DNA from: the human T2T-CHM13v2.0 reference genome, Homo sapiens
Reading direction: 5' to 3' (one strand)
Assembly: GCF_009914755.1 (NCBI RefSeq)
Contig: NC_060933.1
Length of the DNA: 64,000 nucleotides
The position numbers and the translations under genes are program-made. Below, one piece after another: positions 40,136 to 54,636 of the stretch. Under the pieces are notes generated by a model that saw nothing but the letters and a program-made list of their open reading frames with translations, was not told the DNA's origin and made no database searches. The stretch's first letter is position 1. Each line of letters opens with the position of its first letter.

Positions 40136-42502
40136 AGTCTCTGGGGTTTATTTTTAAAAGCCTGTTTCTCTAGCTCTTGAACAGAAGGGTATCAGAAGAA
40201 ATAGCCACTGAGAAGAGAAGGGGGAGGGAAGGCTGAGTTTCTTTCATGGAGTAAAACGTGATATGGCTAGAAATTGGCGGGGCTCAGGATGCCCCCTTTG
40301 AGTGGTGGGTTTCTTTTCCTTTTTTAGGCCTCAGTGTGCGTGGCCCTTCTCAAGGAGCTTTCTATGACTGCGCTCCTGCCACAGCCCTGTTCACTCCCTG
40401 TTGCCTCATGCACCCTTTCGTGGCTTTTGTTACCAACACGAGTCTACACTTGCTGGTTTACTGGATTTTTCTTAAACTTCCTACTGAACTGTAAGCTCCT
40501 AGAGGACAAGTGCTTATCTATTTTAGTCACCATTTTATCCTCAATGCCCAATCGACTTACTTGCTGGAGAATGATGTTACCTGGATTTCATGTCTGACAC
40601 AGCAAGGTGATGGGAGAGAGTCAGCCATCCCTCAGACTTGGGGAGGTCCTCCAGGCTGAATTCACCTCCAGGGAAAGTGAGGGAAGGGGACAAGTGTCTG
40701 CAGGGCTTATTAGAGGAGGTAACGATGGTCACTGTTTCTGCCAGCAGTAAAAGTCCCTTTCAGCAAAGGCTGTGAGTTACATGTCAATAAATTGAAGAAA
40801 GAAGGTAGGGTGTATTATTTTCTAATTTCAGAATTACATATTGAGATGGATAGCCATTCAATGAGAGTCTTAGTATGGAAGGAAGGCAAACTGTGCCATA
40901 TTTCAAAGTGAACCCCACATGGGCTCCCACGTTGTACTTTTTGGAGCCTTTAATAGCACCAGTGTTATTAAATAAAAGAGCCTATTTGGAGGAAAATAAG
41001 AAGCATTCCAGGTTTTCAAAAGTAGTTAAGATTTGTCTAAGACCACACAGGTGAAGCAAGGTTGCCTCTTTTATCATACTTGACGTTTGTATTTGACATC
41101 AATATTTGATGTTTGTCATCACACTTGACCCTCACCATGATCTCCATGTGCATGTCGAGTGTGATGGCCCTGGTAGCAGTTGAGCAGCACATTGCTGCTG
41201 CTTTAGCTCTAACCAGTTAAGGTGTAGACAAGAGCTGTAGGAATTGACTCCAGCAAGGGTGGTAAGAGCCTCCAGTGCTTCATTTGTCCTCTTAACCCTG
41301 TGCCTAGGAATTTACTAACCTGGCTTTGCAGTAGCAAATAAAGTAACTTTTAATTTCCTTTAGTTTAAAAAATAACATTCAGATTGCAGCCCTTCAGAAA
41401 TAAGGAGCAGAAAAGGTGAGAGAGAAAAGAAAAGAATGAAAACACAAATGTGGACAGCCCTGATGTGATCACCACACAGTGAAAGGTTCTTTTCCTCTTT
41501 CCATGGGACTGAGCAGGTAGACGGCCTCCACCTGTCCAGAAGCCCCTGGGGCAGTCCCCCACTGGAATGCCGTTTGCCCTGTGGCTACTCTGCAGAGGCC
41601 CCCCTTACCAGCCAGTCAGCCCACTGTAAAGTCAAGTTAAATCTAATTTAAGGACACAAATTGACAAAGCAGGTTTGTTTATTGCAGGGTAGACTTATTA
41701 ACTTAGAAGAGCCATGAGCCCTGGTCTTTCTGTTTACAGAAATAAAATGGAACTCTAAATGAGGTTTAATGGGCTTCCCAGATCATGTTCCCTGGACAGA
41801 TTTTTTTTTTCCTTCTTCAACAGTAAATTTGAAAATCAAAAGGACTAAAAATAAAGGGGAGTGCTTCCTGTTATAAATAGGACTGGTGGCATTCTTCAAA
41901 GCATTTTATAGCCTCTAACTGTGCATTATAATTTCAGAGTAGCTGAAAAGCATTCCAAGTTTTCAAGTGGTACGTTTACTCAGAAGCATTTATCAAGCAT
42001 GTACTATGTGCTGGGCATTGCGACAGGCCCAAAGATGGCCCAGAGGCCCATGCATGCCCCAGACTTGCATGATGCTGTAAATAAATACATCAGACTAGCG
42101 GAGAAGGACACGGCAGTGCAGAGAGCAGTGGGAGCTGGAAAGGCTGCAAGCCCAACTCTGAGAGTGGCCGGTGGGGGCACACTGGGAGCTGATCTCTGGG
42201 CTGCAGAGGTGAACTAGGAGATGTGGACGCGTCAGATCACTCAAGTGAACCTGGGTCTGCTGGATGAGCTGTGGCCACAGCAATGCCATCTAGTGTCACA
42301 GCAGATTTCCTTGTACCCTCTGTCTGCTGGCTCCAGCATAGCTTTCTTGTTAAAAGGCTAAAGGCTACTAGGACACACTTGAGACTTTGTAGTGTCATCA
42401 GAAGACGGAAAGACAGTGAGCTGTAGTATATTAACAGAAGGGCACCATGCCAGTAAATGCAACAGTGGCAGGCAGGGAGAAGGAAAAACCCAAAGTAATA
42501 TA

Positions 42503-42766
42503 CAGGTCAAGTCTTCCTTATCCAAGATGCTTGAGACCAGAAATGTTTCAGATTTCAGATTTTTTTCAGTTATTAGGATATTTGTATTATACTTAACTGG
42601 TTGTTTCCCAAATCTGAAAACCCAAACTCTGATATGCTTCAAAATCCCAAACTTTTTGAGTGCTGACATGACCCTCCCCCCGCCCCACACACACACACAA
42701 AAAAATGCTCACTGGAGCATTTCAGATTTCGGATTTTTGAATTTGGGATGCTGAATATATATCTGT
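42503..42766. mobile_element. TcMar-Tigger MITE (Tigger4a/MER46-like)
   Basis: ta-caggt...ccttatccaagatgcttgagaccagaaatgtttcagatttcagattt...gggatgctgaa, ending ctg-ta. Confidence 0.8.
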
Positions 42767-43529
42767 ATCAATTGTTGCTGTTGGAAACATCAAAAGTGAA
42801 TTTGACATGAATGGCTAGAATTTCATGTACATTGGGTTCCGTATTTATGTATAGTCATCTGCTTATAATTTTTAAATGTTTAAAAATAAAGCAAGGAAAG
42901 CAGCTACCAAAAGGAGCCATACGTGCTTTTCTAAGCATGGTGACGAGCATGCACCAAACTGAATCCTGGCTCCAGGATTGCCGTGGAAGAGACAATGAGG
43001 CCATTCCTGTCTTTGGTCTTGATGGTTTTTGGTGGTGGCACCGCAGCTCTTGGAACCAAGTTGGGTATACTGGCTGAGTTCTTAAGAGCTCATCTGCTCT
43101 GTCTCGTGCCTGTAGCCATGTCTGCTCAGGCCCTTGTGAATGATGTTTATTTTTCAGGCAGAGTAATTTTTCTGTAAGACACTGGTTTTCAGACTCTGTC
43201 TCCAGTATTGGGGTACTCTAAAGACACAGTGCCCCTTTTTAATGAGTCTGATTCAAGATGAATGCCAGACCATGTTTCCTTGTACAGAGGAATTTGACCT
43301 GCAGAGGGAAGAATAAGGCCCAGGGTGTCAGGACTAGCATTAAGGAGCACCTCTGATTTTCTGGTGGAGTCGTGCTAAAGCTGGCCCAAACCCACTCGGG
43401 CCGTTGTTCACCTTTTGCCTCATCTCTGTGTTCAGTGACATCATGTTGGTGGATGTTGGGGGATGAACACCAGTACACCACTGTGTATGTTGTGCTCTGG
43501 GAGCCATAGCTTGGGCACCCATTCTAGAG

Positions 43530-43709
43530 CAAGGATCAGCCAACCCCAGCCTGAGCCTGTGCAGCCCATTGCCTGTTCTTGTAAATAACGTTTTATCCAA
43601 AGGCAGCCATGCCATGCCCACGTATTTACATGTTGTCTAAGGCTGCTTTGACCAAAAGGCCAAAAGTGCTCAATATCTGGCTCCTGAAGGAAAAAATTTG
43701 CCAGCCTCT
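43530..43709. mobile_element. hAT-Charlie relic (MER58A-like)
   Basis: gcctgttcttgtaaataacgttttat...tttacatgttgtctaaggctgcttt...aaaaaatttgcc. Confidence 0.7.
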
Positions 43710-43776
43710 CTTCTGGAGTTTACCAGGAATCTGGTTCTGGACACATGAAGATATCTTGGGTTAAAAAGAGATTAGG

Positions 43777-44033
<257 letters not shown>

Positions 44034-44837
44034 TTATTTTAAAAAAGAGATTAGAGTGGTTCAAGTTGTGAGGAAGCTTCAGCAGCTTTCCTATTTCCAA
44101 GAAAAAAAGCAATCAAATAAGGGTGAGGCCCCTTTACCATATCCTAGTTAAAATTATTGTTATATCATAGACATGCCCGTTGTCACGGGACCTGTGTCCC
44201 AAATCCAAGATGTGGTTTCTAAATGGCCCTTCTAGGCATGTGCCATTTTTCTAGCATTGCAGGAAGTCAGAAGAGCAGGCTTCCCCCTCCACTGTGTTTC
44301 TGAGCCTTCCAGAGTTCAGCTCCATGGAACCTCTTGGGTAGTGTGTGATAAGTTTCCTGTAAAGGCAGAAGTGGAGTCTGGCTGGGGCTGAGGCTGGGGC
44401 AAGGCTAAGGGAGCCATCTTTACAAATGGTTTGCAGGATTCCCAGGTGCCTGTCCCTGGGTCTCCCTCCCAGGAGATGGCCTGAAAAGCTGTAGCTCTTC
44501 CCAGGCCCTTACTACTCCTGGGACTCCCCTGCTCCCTCTGCTGTCCTGCTGCGAGTCTCTGACCTGGCCCAGGCTCTTGCTCAGCCATGTGGTTCCTACC
44601 TCCTACCTCATGCCAGCCCAGCCTGTCTGTGGCCCTCCCTGCATGTTGACGCTCTTCTAACCCCCATCTTGGGGAGCTGGAGCTGGAGTGGGGCCTGGTT
44701 AGAGCAGCTTGCCTGAGCCGACGAGGGTCCAGCCTGGAGCATCAGGCTCTGGAAGCCGAGCTTGTATGTAGGTTTTCACACTGTCCGGGAGTCAAGACAC
44801 AGTGGGTTATGAAATCCATCTAGTAGGTCACCAGTCA

Positions 44838-45342
<505 letters not shown>

Positions 45343-46779
45343 CTATATGTTCTACATATACACATTTGTGGATACGTATGCACACATAGATATGCATACG
45401 TGTTTGTACTGACCATCACTCTGCCCCGCACCATTTCCCAGTGCCTGTCATGCAGTTGGCTGCCATGAATGTGCTTGGAATCAGTGAGCCCCATCCTCAT
45501 AGCCAGTGCCTGTGTGTGTGCTTCCTTCCACGTGCTTTTTGGATACCCAGGTTGCATGTCTGCTTGGGCCTCCTAGGTGGCTCAGGCCTGTACCACAGAC
45601 ATACCCCGTCCTCCCTGTGGCAGTCTGTCAGTGGGGTAGGGTCCACAATCCTGGAACCATTACTTGGATTCCTTGAGGATTTTAATTCTCTACTGCCAGA
45701 TATGTGTCTGATGTGAATTGGCTTCCACATACCTGCCCTTCATTCTTCCCACCCTAGATTCCAAGACCCTCCCACCTGCACCCAGCCTCAAAGAAGCAGT
45801 TGTGTGGAGCACTCTTAGGAGAAGCTGAAATCTTTGCTGTCATTACCCTGTATTCATGGAGGCTTTGGAAACCCGGAAAGTGCTGAATCCCTTTCCAACA
45901 GTATAAATTGCGCCTCTGTGTTACCCCGACCTGTACGCTAAGTGAGGGCAGCACTGTCATTGTTTCTGTTGAGCATGTCCCGTAAGCAGAACACTTTGAA
46001 CAGCAGATGTCCAAAGTAATTTTTATTGGACTAAAGCATTCAAGGGTGCACACCTGTGTGTTGTGCAAAAGTCAACTTCACTGTGATGACATGGAAAGGA
46101 TCCAGAGACCCAGATGCCACTTCTTCTTGCGACAGCTGTGCTGATTTATTTCATATGTGAGCTCTCGCCCACTTCCGGCAGGTCAGGAGGCCAGCCAGGC
46201 CCAGGCCGCACCTGCTCTTCCCCCTCCCAGGCCACCTGCTTGTCTGCTGCCCAGCGTCAGCACCGGCAGCGGCAGAGGGAAGAGATGAGCACATCCTTGA
46301 TAGGTGAGGTGTTGGGTGCTTGAGAGGCTGGATCCAGGGCAGAGGTGTGGGTGCTGCAGGTGTCCAGGACCCTGTGCTCACTGCCACGGGCAGCTCTGTT
46401 CTCACTTCTCCGTGCCCTGTCCCTGTTTCCCTTCTGCCGTCTTGTTCTTTCTCTACTTGCCCAGTCTCCTTCCCTCCCACACCAACTTCATCATTTTCCT
46501 CCCTCGCCCCTTTGGTCATGGTCTGCGGTCTGGGTCTGTGTAGGGCTGAAATACATGCTGACTCTAGGCTCTCAGGTGATTCCTGGCATAGATTTGGAGT
46601 GACTTGATGAATTTTAATCACAGTTTTAAAGGTCATTAAATTTTTCAACTATATTGACAATAGAAATATAATAAAATGTGAATATTTGAAGTGTACCATT
46701 TGATTACTTTTGGCATATGTACCCATGAAACATTAAACATCAATGAAGAGAACTGAGAAGCCAGATAACTGTATGCAAT

Positions 46780-47990
46780 TAAGAAATACAAGCAAAACCG
46801 CCATGAACAAAGTCAGACAGATTGACAAACCTGGAAAAAGCTGCAGTTTCATCAAAGATGAGCTAATTTTCCTAGTACTCAAAAACACTCAACAGATTAA
46901 CTAGAAAAAGCCAGTGATCCAATAGGAAAAACATGGTAAAGAATATGAATAGACAGTTACTAGAAAGGATTTTATGCACATGAAAAAAATGCTCGGACAT
47001 GGTGGCTCACACCTATAATCCCAACACTTTCGGAAGCTTAAGGTGGGAAGATGGCTTGAGCCCAGGAGTTTGAGACCAGCCTGGGCAACAATAAGAGACC
47101 CCATTTCTGCAAAAAGTAATTAAAAAAAAATTAGCTGGGTGTGGTGGTACATTCCTGTAGTCCTAGCTACTTGAGAGGCTGAGGCCAGAGGATCGCTTGA
47201 GCCTGGGAGGTGGAGTCTGTGGTGAGCCACTGCAATCTGGATGACCGAACGACACCCTACCTCAAACAAACAAACAAACAAAAGAAAGCAGCCATACTCA
47301 ACTGGTAATAGAATGCCTAAGCTGCCCCGATGGGGATGGGGGCTCTCCCGCTCCTGCAGGCTGGCAGCCCCTCCCAGGGCTCTAGCTCTCTCTGTTCCAG
47401 AAATAGCCTCACACCTCTTCAGGCCAGTGGGTAGCTACCGCTTCCATGGTCTCTGGTACTTCACCGTACCTGGCTGGTGTCCATAATACTGTCCCCACCT
47501 TTCTAATTAGTCCCTTCCTCAAGTTCTCTCTTAATTAAAAACTAAAGGACCTCATGGACACCATTTTTCACTTATCAAAAGTTTGGTAATTCAGTGGTGG
47601 TGATGGTACAGGAAGGTGGGGTCTCACGTCGATTTTGGCAGGAGTGTACATTGCTACACCCTCATGGAAGGCAATTTAGCAGCCTCTCAAAGTGAAGATG
47701 TACACACTGATCTGGACACCCCACATCTAGGAAGTTGCACACAGATACCTCAGGGCACCGGATGACCCACACCTTGTGTTTCATTGCATCAGAGGTTGTT
47801 TTCAGTCTTTACTGTTAGGATGTAAACTTGTGTCTATCTGTCAGGGTCTCGCTAATCTTAGCATTATTTGTAGTATCATAGACTACCCTGCAACCATTAA
47901 TACAAGGAATGGGGAATCTCTTCCTGCACTCATGGGAATCGTAAGTCAAGATATCCTATTAAATAATCAATGTAATTATATAAAGTAAAT
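46780..47990 (+). mobile_element. Fragmented old L1 (L1M/L1ME-like), interrupted by an Alu
   Basis: aataggaaaaacatggtaaagaatatgaatagacagtt..., ggcaggagtgtacattgctacaccctcatggaaggcaatttagca resemble the L1 ORF2 end and 3' UTR. Confidence 0.6.
46991..47287 (+). mobile_element. Alu (AluJ-like) with (AAAC)n tail
   Basis: ggtggctcacacctataatccc...gcttgagcccaggagtttgagaccagcctgggcaac. Confidence 0.9.
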
Positions 47991-50900
47991 ATATATCCTT
48001 ATCAGGGTACAGAGGAATGCAATCCATGAAGTTATCTTTGTTAGGAGGAAAAGGAAAAATACATTGTGTGTGTGTAAAACACACTGGCCCAGTGGCCACC
48101 TGCACAGTAGGGACTGAAGGCAGTCTCTGGGCATAGGGATGAGGGGAAGACCTTACCGTATTTTGTATATTAATCTAGAAAAAAGGATTCTAAAAAGCTG
48201 AGAAATAGAAATTGACTTGTTTTGGGGTGTGATTCATTTGCTGATCAGTCTCCATTTGATTGGGTCTAAAATGAAACAGTTACATTTTTCTCCCATCCCT
48301 ATCCCCAGCTGGACTTTGTCCAGTCTCCTAGGGAGCCAAGCCCTTATCATAATTTCAGATTTAAAGTTCAGATCTCCAGTGCAGGTACCTTGTGGCTGGG
48401 GAAGGGTCTGATCAGGTTCTTCTCCTGCCACCTTCCAGGCCTGGGGAGGAGAGGGGGAGGGGACACTATCTCTTGGTAGGTCCCTCTGACCCTCACAGCT
48501 GCTCCCCTGCAGACGGCCCTCTGTGTCCTTTGTGGCAGGCAGCCACAGCTGGCTGTCCCCAGGAGCCCAGGTTATGTGTTTCTCCTGCCAGCATCTGCTT
48601 TCCTAGGCACGGGACAGCACAGTGCTGTGGCTCTGGGGGAGCCTGGGCCAGCCTCCAGCACTGCCCCGGCTCCCAGACAGGGTGGGAGCAGAAAGGCAGC
48701 CAGGAAGTGTGGCTTTCACCTCTGAAAAGCAAACTCCTTCCTAATCGTGCAGAGAAGACAACTGCCCGGGTCCACAGGGAGGCCGGTCGCCCCGCCAGGA
48801 TGCTGCGGGGTGGCTGGCGACCAGAAGAGACAGTGAGGAGTGCCCACTGGTGCCAGGCACCGTCCTGGGAGCATGCGCTGTCCCTGTTTATTTTTATTCT
48901 GACTGAGGAAATTACAGAAAGACACGTTGACCACCCTCGTTAATAAATTAAGAAATAAGAGCAGACCTCTAGACTGGACAGCTGTCCTCTGGTGGCATGC
49001 TGTGGAACTCTGTGGCCCCACCTCTCTGGCCCGTAGGGCTTCCCTGCTTTCTCAGCTGCGGAGGAACTTGATGCAGGAGGGCAGAGCATCTTTCACGACC
49101 TTGAAGCCCCTCGGTGGTCTGGAGACAGATATTCTGTCAGGGCTCCTTTGGAAATACTGCTGGGCTTAAGTGAGACTGATGTCATCCCCACTCCCTGTGG
49201 TGACGAATGGCGTGCGAATTGTGGGTCCTTGAGAGTTTGGGGGATAAAAATAAGGATTTTCTTTGTTTCTCAAAGGAACGAAGAAAAGTGAAGACTGCGC
49301 GTGAGCAGGAACTATCTGGCCTGCCCAGCCTCCCGCAGCATTTCTGTGATGTCTTCTCAGCATCCTGTCGCCGAAATATTGACATACACTTAGCTCTTTA
49401 TAATGAAAAGACTTGTTTTTATCTTCTCTTGATGGGGTGGGAAAGGGAGTGGGGGTGGGAGACTGGGCTTGGTCTGTCCTTCCTGGATGCTGTTAGCCTC
49501 CAGGGGTCAGAAGCCTGGGTCTCTTATTAATCTTGACAGTAAACTATTTCTAACAGTAAGAAACGTGGAAATACTGACTTCAGATCCGTGGTGAAAGAGC
49601 CTCTTCCACCCGCCATCTGGACCTGCACCAGCTGTGGGCTGCCGCTGCCTCCGGCCGCCACCGAGGGCCTTGTTCTACTAGGAAATAAGCCCCAGTTTAT
49701 GCTTCGTTGTTTCTGTGTGTGTAAATAAGATGAAGGAAAGCACAGAAAGAAAAGGAGAGGCGAAACCCTCCATTCTCACAATCAAATCTAAATTGTATAA
49801 TGTCCTCCAAGTTTTAGAGTGACAGCAGTCATTGCCAAAAGTGTGGTGTGGTCAGATCAGACAAGCGTTGGTTGTTAGAACACTTTAAAGAACACTTAGA
49901 AACCGACAGGTCTCACGCACGGGACCCTCCCTAAAAGCTGGCACACGTAGGGTTTCTTTTGTGCAGTTAAGAAAATAGGCTCTTTCCCTAAGTCTCAGAG
50001 CAGCAGCTCCTGTCCCCAGCTGTCGCTCCCATCCATATGTGGCCATCTCGCCAGACCACACCAGCTTGCCTGCAAGGCCCTTCAGCCTTGGGGAGCTGGT
50101 GCCCATCTTCACAAAGCTCGCAGCAGATGACACCTCTGCTGGTGTGTGGACCTGGCAGTTTGGTGGCACATTTAGGTGGCTGTGAGTTGGAAGAGAGATG
50201 AGGGACGGAGGCGTCCAGCGGGCAGTTTGGGTTCTCCACAGCTGGGCGCAGTTTCTTCTAGCGGCTTCCTCTGGCATGGGATGGTGAGCTAACTTCTTTG
50301 AGCTCTGGTCACTTGTTCTTTCTGTTGGGGAGGTGGAGGGACTCTTTCTTGTATAGTGTGTCGTTAATTTCTGTTGGCTGTACAGGAAAGCACATTTTGT
50401 TGAAGGTGGAAAGATTTTGCCGTCCCAGCCTCCTTCCCTTTTGCTCTGAGGGCAGAGGCTATCAGCCCCTCCCAGAGGCATGCCACTTCAGCACTTCAAA
50501 GGGCCTGGCTGCCTGCGAGCCCAGGGCCGCCCAGTGGAATTCCTGAGTTAACACCCGTTCTCAGAGGGCACTGTGGCCTGGGGGAAGGATTCTTTCCAAA
50601 AGATTGGTTTCTCTCCTTCAATCTTAACTGTTTGCATGTAAACCTATTTAGAGTAGATTAAAGGAGAGATCTGGCTAGGTCAGTGGATAATGATGTCATT
50701 TACAGGGGCCCTCGCCAAAATGTTGACATTGCTTACATTTAATTATTGCTGCAAATATATTACTATAGAGTATCTCCCTCTTTCACAGTCAGTAAAAACA
50801 AGGGGTGATAGAAGGAGGCTCTTCTAAAATGCACATAATCACTTCTATGTATGGCTGATGTTGGTTCAGTGATGGAGTATAAAATGGTTGACGTGGTATA

Positions 50901-51639
50901 ACTGAGAGTGCTTTGATGCAGTAGAAAAAGGCAGGGGACTGGATTCTGAAAAACAAGTGGTAGGTGAATCTTCTTGTAGAGCATGTGCCTGCAGCACCGA
51001 GCAATGCCGCCTGCTCCGGGATGTGGGGAATACCTTGCGCAGGTGGTTCTGCCTGTGTCCAGAGGGCGGCCAGGGCTGGCATCGGACTCTTCCACTGTGT
51101 CCGGAGATTTGAAGAGGGTGGGAGTGGGGGTTCCTTCCGAATTCCTGCAGGTGAACGTTTAATAAAGTGTATCTTTTAAAAGAACAGCATCCACCTTTAG
51201 CTTGTCTGTTTTCAATGTTGTGCAAACCTACACACCTGTGGATACACAGCAGGAACTATCCACTTCAGGGGTGTCCTGGGCTTACTCCTTCCCCAGACTC
51301 TCAGAAGGGTGCTTTGCCTCTTTCGGGGAATTAGAGAGCAGTGTCTCCGCCTCTTACTGTGTTTGTTACAAATCAGCAGCACTGAGTCAAATCTGCTGCA
51401 GGAACTTAAGGAGTGGTGATTTGAAAGGGAACCCTCACTCACAGCACCCTGAGGAAGGAGCACCAGCAGCCTGGTCGGAATGTGCATTGAATTTCCCGTT
51501 ATGCTTTGCGTTTAGTATCTGTCATCTTGCAAAATCATGTTTAAAACAGTGAAACACCCAACAGAAACACCTGCTTTTCTCTCTAAAGTTGACCAACAGC
51601 CCTAATTAGCACTGTGGTTTCTTTCTTTAAAAAGTAAAC

Positions 51640-51935
51640 TTACTGCACGGTGGCTGACGCCTGTAATCCCAGCACTTTGAGAGGCTGGGGCGGGCGGATC
51701 ACGAGGTGAGGAGATCGAGACCAGCCTGGCCAACATAGTGAAACCCCGTCTCTACAAAAATTAGTGGGGCATGATGGCAGGTGCCTGTAATCCCAGCTAC
51801 TTGGGAGGCTGAGGCAGGAGAATTGCTTGAACCCGGGAGGCAGAGGTTGCAGTGAGCCAGATCGTGCCACTGCACTCCAGCCTGGGTGACAGAGCGAGTC
51901 TCTGTCTCAAAGAAAATAAAAAGTAAAAAAAATAT
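51640..51935 (+). mobile_element. Alu (AluS-type)
   Basis: Dimer plus A-rich tail, ~150 bp upstream of the 52087 exon. Confidence 0.92.
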
Positions 51936-52086
51936 ACTAAAAGAAAATGTAAAACTAAGTGTGTCAACAATGCCAGCCCATTTGAGAGCACAGCTTTCCG
52001 GAATACAGAGGCTGCCTGTCACTGGGCCCGGTGGGCTGGGATGCCTGCCTGCTTGTCGCTCACTGGGCTCTCTCTTGTTCCTCCAG

Positions 52087-52173
52087 GTTCGCCATCGGTG
52101 GTGTGAACTCATTGTTAAGCACAAGTTCACGAAAGCCTACAAAAGTGTGGAGAGGTTCCTTCAGGAGGATCAG
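52087..52173 (+). CDS. AOPEP: Aminopeptidase O, internal coding exon (87 nt, phase 0/0): [29 protein letters not shown]
   Basis: Acceptor ctctcttgttcctccag|G, donor CAG|gtaggt; peptide embedded in ORF-track entry 51886..52209; continues ...QDAE|VRHRW. Confidence 0.96.
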
Positions 52174-53967
52174 GTAGGTGTCATCTTTCAGCAGATGGGG
52201 ATTCTGTAAAGGCTGTCCCTGCACTTCACACAGGAATCCACGTTCTCAGTATCTCTTTCATAACAAATAATTAAATCTGTTACAGAGATTCTTAAGGACT
52301 GGTGGGATCTTGCCTAACACTGATTTTTCTGAGCTGCTTTTTTCCTCTCTCAATGTCTTTGAAGGATTGAGTTGAGCACCTTCAATGCCGCCTTGTGGCC
52401 CACACGTCATCCGATGCTGCGTGCTCACACTTCACGGCATCTCCAGCACCTGCTAGGCCATGCGTGTCCCTTGGTGACGCCGTGGGGTAGATCCCTGATT
52501 TCAGTGGCCCTCATTTAAAGTACACGTGCAAGTCAGACTGGGAGAGCCCCGACGGGACAGTCTCGGTCTGTACCTGCACCTGCCGTGCTGTGCTAGGCGG
52601 GTTTCCTTCCTGTGAGAGCTTTTCTCACTGTTCACCAGGGACAGCAGTCACCTTCCTAGGAGTTCACAGGCAGTGCGCATGTGGGAGCGGATCTGGGGAG
52701 ACCTTCATTGGCCGCCTCTGATGTCCGCAGTGTGTCAGGTCACCAACAGGTGTGTCCTGTAACACGTCACAGCCTCCCACGCCTTCCCCATTTCCCCACT
52801 CTCCACCCCCTCTGCCTCTGAATGAGTGGCCTGTCAAGCACTGTGGGTAACAGCATGGAGCTGCCTTCCAGCTGGGGTGGAGAGTGGGAGTGAGGCAAAC
52901 AAAAGGACTTTTGATAGGGTCTCAGTGTGGGGGACAGCCAGCCAGTGAGGCCTGAGGCCTCATTATTCCTACAAAGAAAAGTACATGCCTTTGTACCAGA
53001 AGAAATGTCACATTTGCACAGCAGAGCAAGAGGTATCTGGAAAAACATACAGGAGTATAAGAAGGACAAAATTTAAGAGCAACTTTATGGTCTGTTCTAA
53101 AGACCAGAATTCACTGCAGTATATTTAGAATTGTGATCTTTGACAAATAAGGATCACCATGTCTGGACTTTTTTGGGAAAGCACTTTTGAACCCTTAACT
53201 ACGAAGTTTTGCTCTTGCGATGTCTTTGAGACCCTTCTTTTAGTTTACTCCAGCGGAATGTAACTCGTGGCATAACTAAGCATGGCACAAGAGAGTAGAC
53301 AGATCCAGATGGGCCCTTGGGTCTTCTAGAACGTCCTTGGCTATTTTAAAAATACAGGAAAAATGCAGATGTGAGTGTTTGCGGCATTGTTCCCAAGCAG
53401 CAGAGCCGGTGCGGGCTACGGTGCAGGGCTGTGGAGGAAAGGGCGCAGGCGGGGTGGGCGTCTCTGCGGGCATCGTGATGTGTCTCTGCCGCGGCTGCTG
53501 CCTGCTGTGCTCTTTGCTTCCCTGGCAGGTGAAGGACTTCCCGGATGAGCTCAGACCAGCTACTCCTAGGGACACACTTTGCGGGGCAGGAGTCCCGTGT
53601 CTGTAATGCCACACAGGCTCTCCGCGTGGTAATTCTGGGAACCATCTCTGTCTGTTCAGAGCGTTCCTGACACGGCCATCATGGTGGGAATGCCTGCTCA
53701 TCGTTCTGTCACCAGTGAAATCGTCAGAGTCTGTGTAGAGAATTGGGAGCTGAGGATTCCTTGGGGTTTTGAGTACAAGGAGGAGACAGGGATTGCAGAC
53801 TGCAGCTTCCAAAAGCACAGTCAGCCCACGGCCTCTGTCTTCTCTGGGGTCTTTGCAATTTCTAGACCAGCAAGTGTGTGTGGAACAAGCACAGACTGAG
53901 CTCATGTGTGCGTGTGTGTGGGTACCCACACCTTCGCCTGATGCCCTTTGGCCTCTGTGCCCTGCAG

Positions 53968-54108
53968 GCCATGGGTGTGTACCTCTACGGGGAGCTGATG
54001 GTGAGTGAGGACGCCAGACAGCAGCAGCTCGCCCGTAGGTGCTTCGAGCGGACCAAGGAGCAGATGGATAGGTCCTCAGCCCAGGTGGTGGCCGAAATGT
54101 TATTTTAA
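53968..54108 (+). CDS. AOPEP: Aminopeptidase O, last coding exon: AMGVYLYGELMVSEDARQQQLARRCFERTKEQMDRSSAQVVAEMLF*; exon continues 4 nt to a donor at 54112
   Basis: Acceptor ccctgcag|GCC, TAA at 54106-54108, donor GAG|gtgatt at 54112/13; peptide is the end of ORF 53878..54108 and the recalled AOPEP C-terminus. Confidence 0.96.
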   Translation, partial: AMGVYLYGELMVSEDARQQQLARRCFERTKEQMDRSSAQVVAEMLF

Positions 54109-54636
54109 CGAGGTGATTCTCTCCCTTTCCTTTCTGTCATTTAGTTCTAACCAGATACTCCTTTTAGGAGCCAACTAAATCAGTAAGCCGAATAGTTAGC
54201 CAAGACTACCCGCAGCATCAATAGTCGGCTCCCTGGCCCAGGGCCTGGAGAGTAACTGGCCAAGTGGGTGCTGGGCTGGTATGGGAGCCCCGGGTCCCTG
54301 GAGCACCTTGCCTGGCTGTGGCAGTCACCGGGAAGCAGAGGCTGTCCACCTGGAGGCACAGCGGCACTCCTTGGCACTATTTTGGCCACTTCAGGTTTTA
54401 TAATCTGTTGAAACAAAAATTGTGGGGGAACATCTTGAGTAGGTTTAGAGATGGAATGGGAAGCCTGGCAGAAGCGCTGGTCCAGTCTTCAGGGTCACGG
54501 CTGATACAGGAGTTTAAGCGGCCGTGTGACTCCAAAGCCTAGCTTCTGCAAGCAGATGTTTTCTTCTAGCCATGTGTGAATTGGAGGTTCCTTGGGCTGT
54601 CCACGCCTGGTCATCAGCTGGCAGGAGGCTCTCCAG

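Noticed and set aside
53276-53929. 217-aa antisense ORF, and similar 160-200-aa ORFs at 11768, 48392, 49885 and 61659
   Set aside because: No recognisable domain, several begin at non-ATG codons, and such lengths are expected in GC-rich non-coding DNA.
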